NCBI GenBank assembly: GCA_002269645.1
Contig: NIVC01001256.1
Span: forward strand, 1-64,000
DNA from: Macrostomum lignano
Lineage: Eukaryota
Length of the DNA stretch: 64,000 nucleotides
Direction: 5' to 3'
Below the pieces are notes generated by a model that was not told where the DNA came from, searched no databases, and worked only from the letters and a program-made list of their open reading frames with translations. This document shows, in pieces, positions 58,330 through 64,000 of this stretch. How positions within the stretch are numbered: the first letter of the stretch is position 1; each line of letters begins with the position of its first letter. The translations under genes and the position numbers were made by a program.

Positions 58330-61300
58330 CTGAAGATTGAGTTTAATTAACAATTAGTTCAACTCTTTCTTTTTGTGCTTTTAGTGGTTACGATATTCAT
58401 TATTTGCTTATTTTATTTTATTTATGGTATCATTTGCACAATTATATTAACAATTACTATTAAACTACTTATAGTAGACGTGCCAATGGATTTGAAAATC
58501 AACTGTAATGTCTATAATTTCTATCAATAGTATATAAGAAAATACAATGTGGCATGATATAGCTTTTTGCTATCGGTTTGAGCTTATGGGCAGCAGGGCA
58601 GTTGACTAAATCCAGAGGGGTAGAAAGATGCACTCAAGTCTCCAGACAACTGCTGCTCCCAGTCTATGGGCCGAAAGTGTGACTGACTGTGACTGGTGAG
58701 CAAAGACGATCTTTGGAGCTTTAACTTAGTCCTCTTGTGTCTGCTAAAGACTTACCATCGCTCTCTAACCTACAAATCAGCAACAATATGAGCTTGGAAG
58801 ATGAAGATAGCGACACTAGCTATGCAAAAACGGCCCCTGCAGACGAGCCCGCAACCAAAAACATGGACAAAGATCAGTGATAGTTGAAATGGAGCTTGTA
58901 AAAACAAATTTTTATAAGTCGATATTTTTATAATTACCAATTCGGATCGCTGTCCCATAGCGACATGGCTGATTTAGGGCAGTAATAATCTTATGTAACT
59001 TATAAAGTCCGGTCCAAATACAGTTTTACATGTGCCGCCGTCGCCTGTGGAATAGCTCGATGTCGAGATGGACGAGTGCGAAAATAAGAGAATCCAACGA
59101 CAGAGATAAAGAATGGCAGAGCGCGGGTCCGAAACGGGGGGTTGCCACTAGCTGGGGTGCCCGCGGCTGTCTGTCTGTATATACATGCAGTTTGTTGTGC
59201 CAAACTGGCTGGCTCAACTGGCTGGGCGGATTCGCGGGTCCGCCGGGAATGGGGGTTGGGGGGGGTGGGTGCGCCGCAAACAGCGGAGGCGGGGAGGCGG
59301 CGCCCAGAAAACCCACCGGCCAATGCTAGGCGGGCTGGGTAGGCGAGGCCTGCACTATACAATCGTACACACGCGCGCAAGTGAGTAATGCTGGTGAAGA
59401 GAGAAAAATAGACCTGAAATACGCGTCAGGGACGGGGCGGAACATGTGAAGGACAAACAGCGTGCATGCCCTGAACTGTCCCGCGCCCACCTCTTCCCCG
59501 CTCTCCCCTTCATCTCTCCCGCTGCAATGTACTATAAGTGCTGTTGCACTTTTAACCATGCTCCTTCCAGAGAAGCTTTCCTTCTATTTTGCATGCTTTT
59601 TAGTTTAATCTGGCAGGCGGTTCAGTGGCGTCAGCTAAGTGAGTCTGCTTGTGGACCGATGGTGGGTGCATGGCCAGCATGCGTTCTGTACAAGTTGGGC
59701 TATGATAAGACTTGTAGAATAATAGAACTGCTGCCATTACTTTGTCTGCTTTGTACTGAGCGAAGCTCGGAGATTCTGTATGGCTTATCTCCTCGTATCA
59801 GGCGATTCTTTGTCTGTAATCCACGGCGTGTGCGACCCGAATATAACGCCTTATCTCCGACGGAGATAATGAGTTTCAGTTACCTCCGCTAGCCATGTAT
59901 AGCACGGATACTTAGATAGCGCGGATACTTTTCACATGCGACAGATGTATGCTGAAAGGCTAGCTGGATGGGGGACAAATAATGTCAGGCGATACTGCAG
60001 TCTGCTGCGGCTGGATTTCCCGCTAGATAGACACCTTCCCAAAAAAAAGACAGGATGGGCAAAAGGGAAATCGAGGTAATAGGACTGCCGCCTTCCCATA
60101 AGAGGAGGGGCTCCCATAGCGCGCACTTGTAGAAGGGTTGAACTTTCGCTGGGAACTGGGAAGACCCATCAAGACAGCGGACGGACTTTTATCCGTCTTC
60201 CCCTTGTTGCGGTGTTCCAGCTCTTCATTGCTACCCACGACAGGAGCAGACCCATGCAAAACATTTAAGGTTCAACAAGCCTATTCCGGGCCGGACCGAC
60301 TTGGGAGCAATCGTAAGGTCAAACCGACTCCATGCACAGCTCAATGAAATTCCTAAGCTCAAAAAATCGATTAAAACTTAAGCTATAGGTTGCTCACAAA
60401 AACACGTGGCTGCATTTCTGCATCTAGGGAGTGGATCAGGATCAGGTGACAGAAAAACGGGGGAGCTGATAAGCAGATGAGGAGCAAGGAAAAACGGAAC
60501 TGCCACACGTGTCGTCATTTGGAAGATTTTCTATACATCTACTGCTGCAGCAAAAGCAGAATTTGAAAGCGATTGTCCAGTTGCTCGCCCCCCCCTCCCG
60601 CAGATTCAGACAGAGCCAAACAGTTGTGACAACAATAACACGGCAAGCACTCAGCAACCCTGTCACAGTGGCAGCTCAACTGAGCACCGGACTGCAGGGG
60701 TTAGACAGGCTTGGCTGGCTGAGGTGGGTGAGCAGCCGCCCCTCATTCACTGTCTCACCCACCCGTCCTCGCAGCAGGCCAGCCAGCAACCCCAAACCCG
60801 CCCTAAACCGGATCAGGCATTTAGCAAATATAGCTCTATGCAGCCCGCTTCACTCCAGTGGTCAGGTCAGGCCAAGCGAATGCAGAAACTGGCAAAATTT
60901 GTACAACGGCCAGTTATATCGGGGCAGACTCGTAGTAAGTGGGATAGAGAGGCAGATGGAGAGTCAGGGAGATGTGCGAGAGAACTGAGGAAAGAAGACC
61001 TTTGAAAGCGCAGCCGGTTTGTTGAAAGGGTCTCTTTCCAGCCGCGCCTACAACTCGCTAATCCGGGAAGAAGGCGGGTTAGCCGGATTGAACGGCCTAA
61101 GAAAAGAAGTAGGCCGACCGGTCATTGCGACGCGCGACCTTTGCTGATTAAGGAGCCCGCAGAACACGGAGACTGTTTTTAACAAGAGATTGATTAGGTC
61201 TCGCGTGCCAACAAACTTGAGTACCCTCAATGAAATTGAACTGAATCGAATCTGAAAACTGATCTTTTCAATACGGAAAGCTTGTTGTCACGGGGCAGAG

Positions 61301-61845
61301 CAGCAGGCATTTTCCTTGAGCGACTCCAACAGGAAAATGATTGAGCAACCCAAATGAAATGTTTACGAATAAAATCTGAATTTACCGGACACATTGTACA
61401 GTCGAGAAGCTTTGTGCATAGGGAACAAAAATATTACTATACTCGTATGCAGGCAGTTAAGGTTCCGAAAGGTCTGGAAGCAGAGGGACATCATTGCAGT
61501 GGCGCCTGTCTGTCTGTCTTAATGTCTGCCTTGGTGCCTGTTGTGGTGGGCGCACACCAGTGCTTAGCGGGTTAATTTAAAGTATGCTATGCGTCACCCA
61601 TCTAACTGTCATTCACTCTCAGTCTGATTGCGTCATCCATCGACTCATCTCTCATCGTACAGTATTGGGTTATTTCTATCGTACGCGATTACAACGTGCT
61701 AACTTGTTAACATGCAGTACGCTAGTATAAATACGAGTATATAGCAAATCGCGAGCAACTCAAATAGAAACTCTCTATTAACAAATCATTGAAGCTCAAT
61801 TCAAACACAACAGTGCCGGTTTGCCAGCATGCCTTAGTGCCGGTC

Positions 61846-61972
61846 TGTCTGTCTGCTTGTCTGTCTGTCTGCTTGCCTGTCTGTCTGTCTTAGTGTCTGT
61901 CTGCTAGTCTGCCAGCTTGCCTTAGTGCCGGTCTGTCTGCTTGACTGTCTGTCTGTCTGTCTGTCTGTCAGT
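61846..61972. repeat. Degenerate (GTCT)n microsatellite
   Basis: gtctgtctgtct runs. Confidence 0.85.
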
Positions 61973-62804
61973 ATGCCCATCTTTCTGTCAGTATTTTAAA
62001 CTGCTATAACTCTAAGGTAAAAAAACTCACGAAAAGTAGAAATTAATTGTTTCGACTTCCTTCACAAGGCACACAGTAATAATATAATATGATATTAATA
62101 AGCTCACTCTAAGAATATTTTAGCAGAGTGCGGTAAACTGGAATCAGTGAGCAGCGAATCGATAAAAATTTATTGAATATTTAAACAATTCTGCAAGAAA
62201 ACAAATGAGTTTGGCCGGACGAAAAATTCAGGTGCCAACAGATTTGCAGAGCCCAAACTTTAGTTTATGTACATGCCAGCGGCTCTTTCGCAACCAGCGC
62301 TACTTGTAAGTAGAGTAGTTGGAGTGCCCGCGCCGAACTAAAAAAATAATAGAAATTTTGCTAAGCAGTCGGTTTGAAAGATTGCAAAAATTTTAATGCT
62401 AATACAGGTAGATAGGCGCAAATAACATAATAAGATAATTATGATTTTAATAAAGTCTAATAAGATCGACTTACACGAACATAATAACCACATCTGTTGC
62501 AGCGGATCTACAGTAGATGAAGGGACATCCATACATGTATACATGTACATGTACACAACGCAGGCATGAATAAGAAGTTACCTTAATCCATAAAATTTCT
62601 AAATTTAACAGTTATCGAAATCGGAAACCAGCGCTTTGCAGAGCATTTTGAAAGCAGAAAAATGTGAGCCATGGCAGTCCAGGGACGCGAAATTACAGCT
62701 TGCATCTACAAGTAAAAACAAAACAACAACACAAGTCGCGGGGTTTCAACCCGCATTCAATTCAGGCAGCAGGCGAACGCAGACTTCTAGAGCAGCAACT
62801 CGAA

Positions 62805-63156
62805 TCAGTCCTTGGGCCCCTGGTAATAGGAGCAGCGCACCTTGGCGTCCCAGCCGGCGGACAGCAGGCGCTGCGAGTCGAACGGATGCCAGCTGACGTC
62901 GCGGACTGGCGCGTTGCCGTGGGCGCCAGGCAAACGGCGCAGCAGGCGGCCGCTCAGGCAGTCCCAGATCAGCACGTCGCCGTTGGCTGAGCCCGCGTAC
63001 ACGTAGCGCTGGCCGGTGGTGGCCTGGGGAGAGAAGCGGGCCCTCAGCAGGGTGCGGGACACCACGTGGCCGGTGAGGGTGGCCAGGCTCGGATCGTCTG
63101 ACAGCGGCGTCGAGTCGAATTGCGGCACGGACTGGTAGCGGTAGTCGAACTGGTGG
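62805..63156 (-). CDS. DCAF11: DDB1- and CUL4-associated factor 11 (WDR23), terminal coding exon; upstream exons lie beyond the window
   Basis: FDYRYQ...DPSLATLTGHVVSRTLLRARFSPQATTGQRYVYAGS..GDVLIWDCLSG...VRDVSWHPF...SAGWD matches the DCAF11 C-terminal WD40s (WDYRWQ...RGHGVLHTLIRCRFSP..STGQQFIYSG...VRDVSWHPF...SSSWD). Acceptor ccccag| at 63157. Confidence 0.9.
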
Positions 63157-63194
63157 CTGGGGCGGGAGCGGTTTGGTTCGGTCCAGTTGATTCT

Positions 63195-64000
63195 TCAACT
63201 CAACTGCACCCTCCCAGATGCTCTCAAACTCAACTGCACCCTCCCAGATGCTCTCAAACTCAACTGCACCCTCCCAGATGCTCTCAAACTCAACTGCACC
63301 CTCCCAGATGCTCTCAAACTCAACTGCACCCTCCCAGATGCTCTCAAACTCAACTGCACCCTCCCAGATGCTCTCAAACTCAACTGCACCCTCCCAGATG
63401 CTCTCAAACTCAACTGCACCCTCCCAGATGCTCTCAAACTCAACTGCACCCTCCCAGATGCTCTCAAACTCAACTGCACCCTCCCAGATGCTCTCAAACT
63501 CAACTGCACCCTCCCAGATGCTCTCAAACTCAACTGCACCCTCCCAGATGCTCTCAAACTCAACTGCACCCTCCCAGATGCTCTCAAACTCAACTGCACC
63601 CTCCCAGATGCTCTCAAACTCAACTGCACCCTCTCAGATGCTCTCTAACGCAACTGCAACCTCCCAGATGCTCTCTAACTCAACTGCACCCTCTCAGATG
63701 CTCTCAAACTCAACTGCACCCTCCCAGATGCTCTCAAACTCAACTGCACCCTCCCAGATGCTCTCAAACTCAACTGCACCCTCCCAGATGCTCTCAAACT
63801 CAACTGCACCCTCCCAGATGCTCTCAAACTCAACTGCACACTCCCAGATGCTCTCAAACTCAACTGCACCCTCCCAGATGCTCTCAAACTCAACTGCACC
63901 CTCCCAGATGCTCTCAAACTCAACTGCACCCTCCCAGATGCTCTCAAACTCAACTGCACCCTCCCAGATGCTCTCAAACTCAACTGCACCCTCCCAGATG
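63195..64000. repeat. 30-bp minisatellite (CTCAACTGCACCCTCCCAGATGCTCTCAAA), at least 26 near-identical copies, DCAF11 intron, runs off the window
   Basis: 10-aa periodic ORF (LNCTLPDALK). Confidence 0.98.

Noticed and set aside
58600-58760. Two tiny upstream HR96 exons (ATG|gtaag near 58750 and a phase-2 exon near 58630-58690)
   Set aside because: Phases can be made to fit, but the peptide has no support and the intervening intron would be very short; left unresolved.
59100-62700. Several 60-160-aa ORFs between HR96 and DCAF11
   Set aside because: No motifs, no consistent splice phases and no codon pattern like the real exons; treated as intergenic or UTR.

Overview
Eukaryotic (animal) genomic DNA: GC-rich exons, GT-AG introns, and roughly half of the window in tandem repeats. 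The style resembles the free-living flatworm Macrostomum, but that is inference only. Seven protein-coding genes were reconstructed by hand from splice sites and reading-frame phase. In order: the 3' part of a multiply frameshifted PIGW/GWT1 (+); a complete 7-exon OSBPL1/2-type oxysterol-binding protein (-); three in-phase exons of an unrecognised gene (-); an intronless TCF19-like FHA+PHD gene (-); an 11-exon class B GPCR most like the PDF receptor (+, about 31 kb); an HR96/NR1J-like nuclear receptor (-); and the terminal exon of DCAF11/WDR23 (-). The most striking structure is a ~19 kb array of a 10-bp satellite (AAGCCTCTCT), with a ~3.6 kb higher-order repeat, inside PDFR intron 5. Almost every longer intron carries its own unrelated minisatellite; one is built from a 5' splice site and one from a tRNA-like B-box. 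An AT-rich divergent intergenic region holds a hAT-type MITE with a perfect 8-bp TSD and other non-autonomous elements. No CRISPR array, RNA gene, transposase or reverse transcriptase was found, and I cannot support a claim of a new biological system beyond these repeat-in-intron observations.
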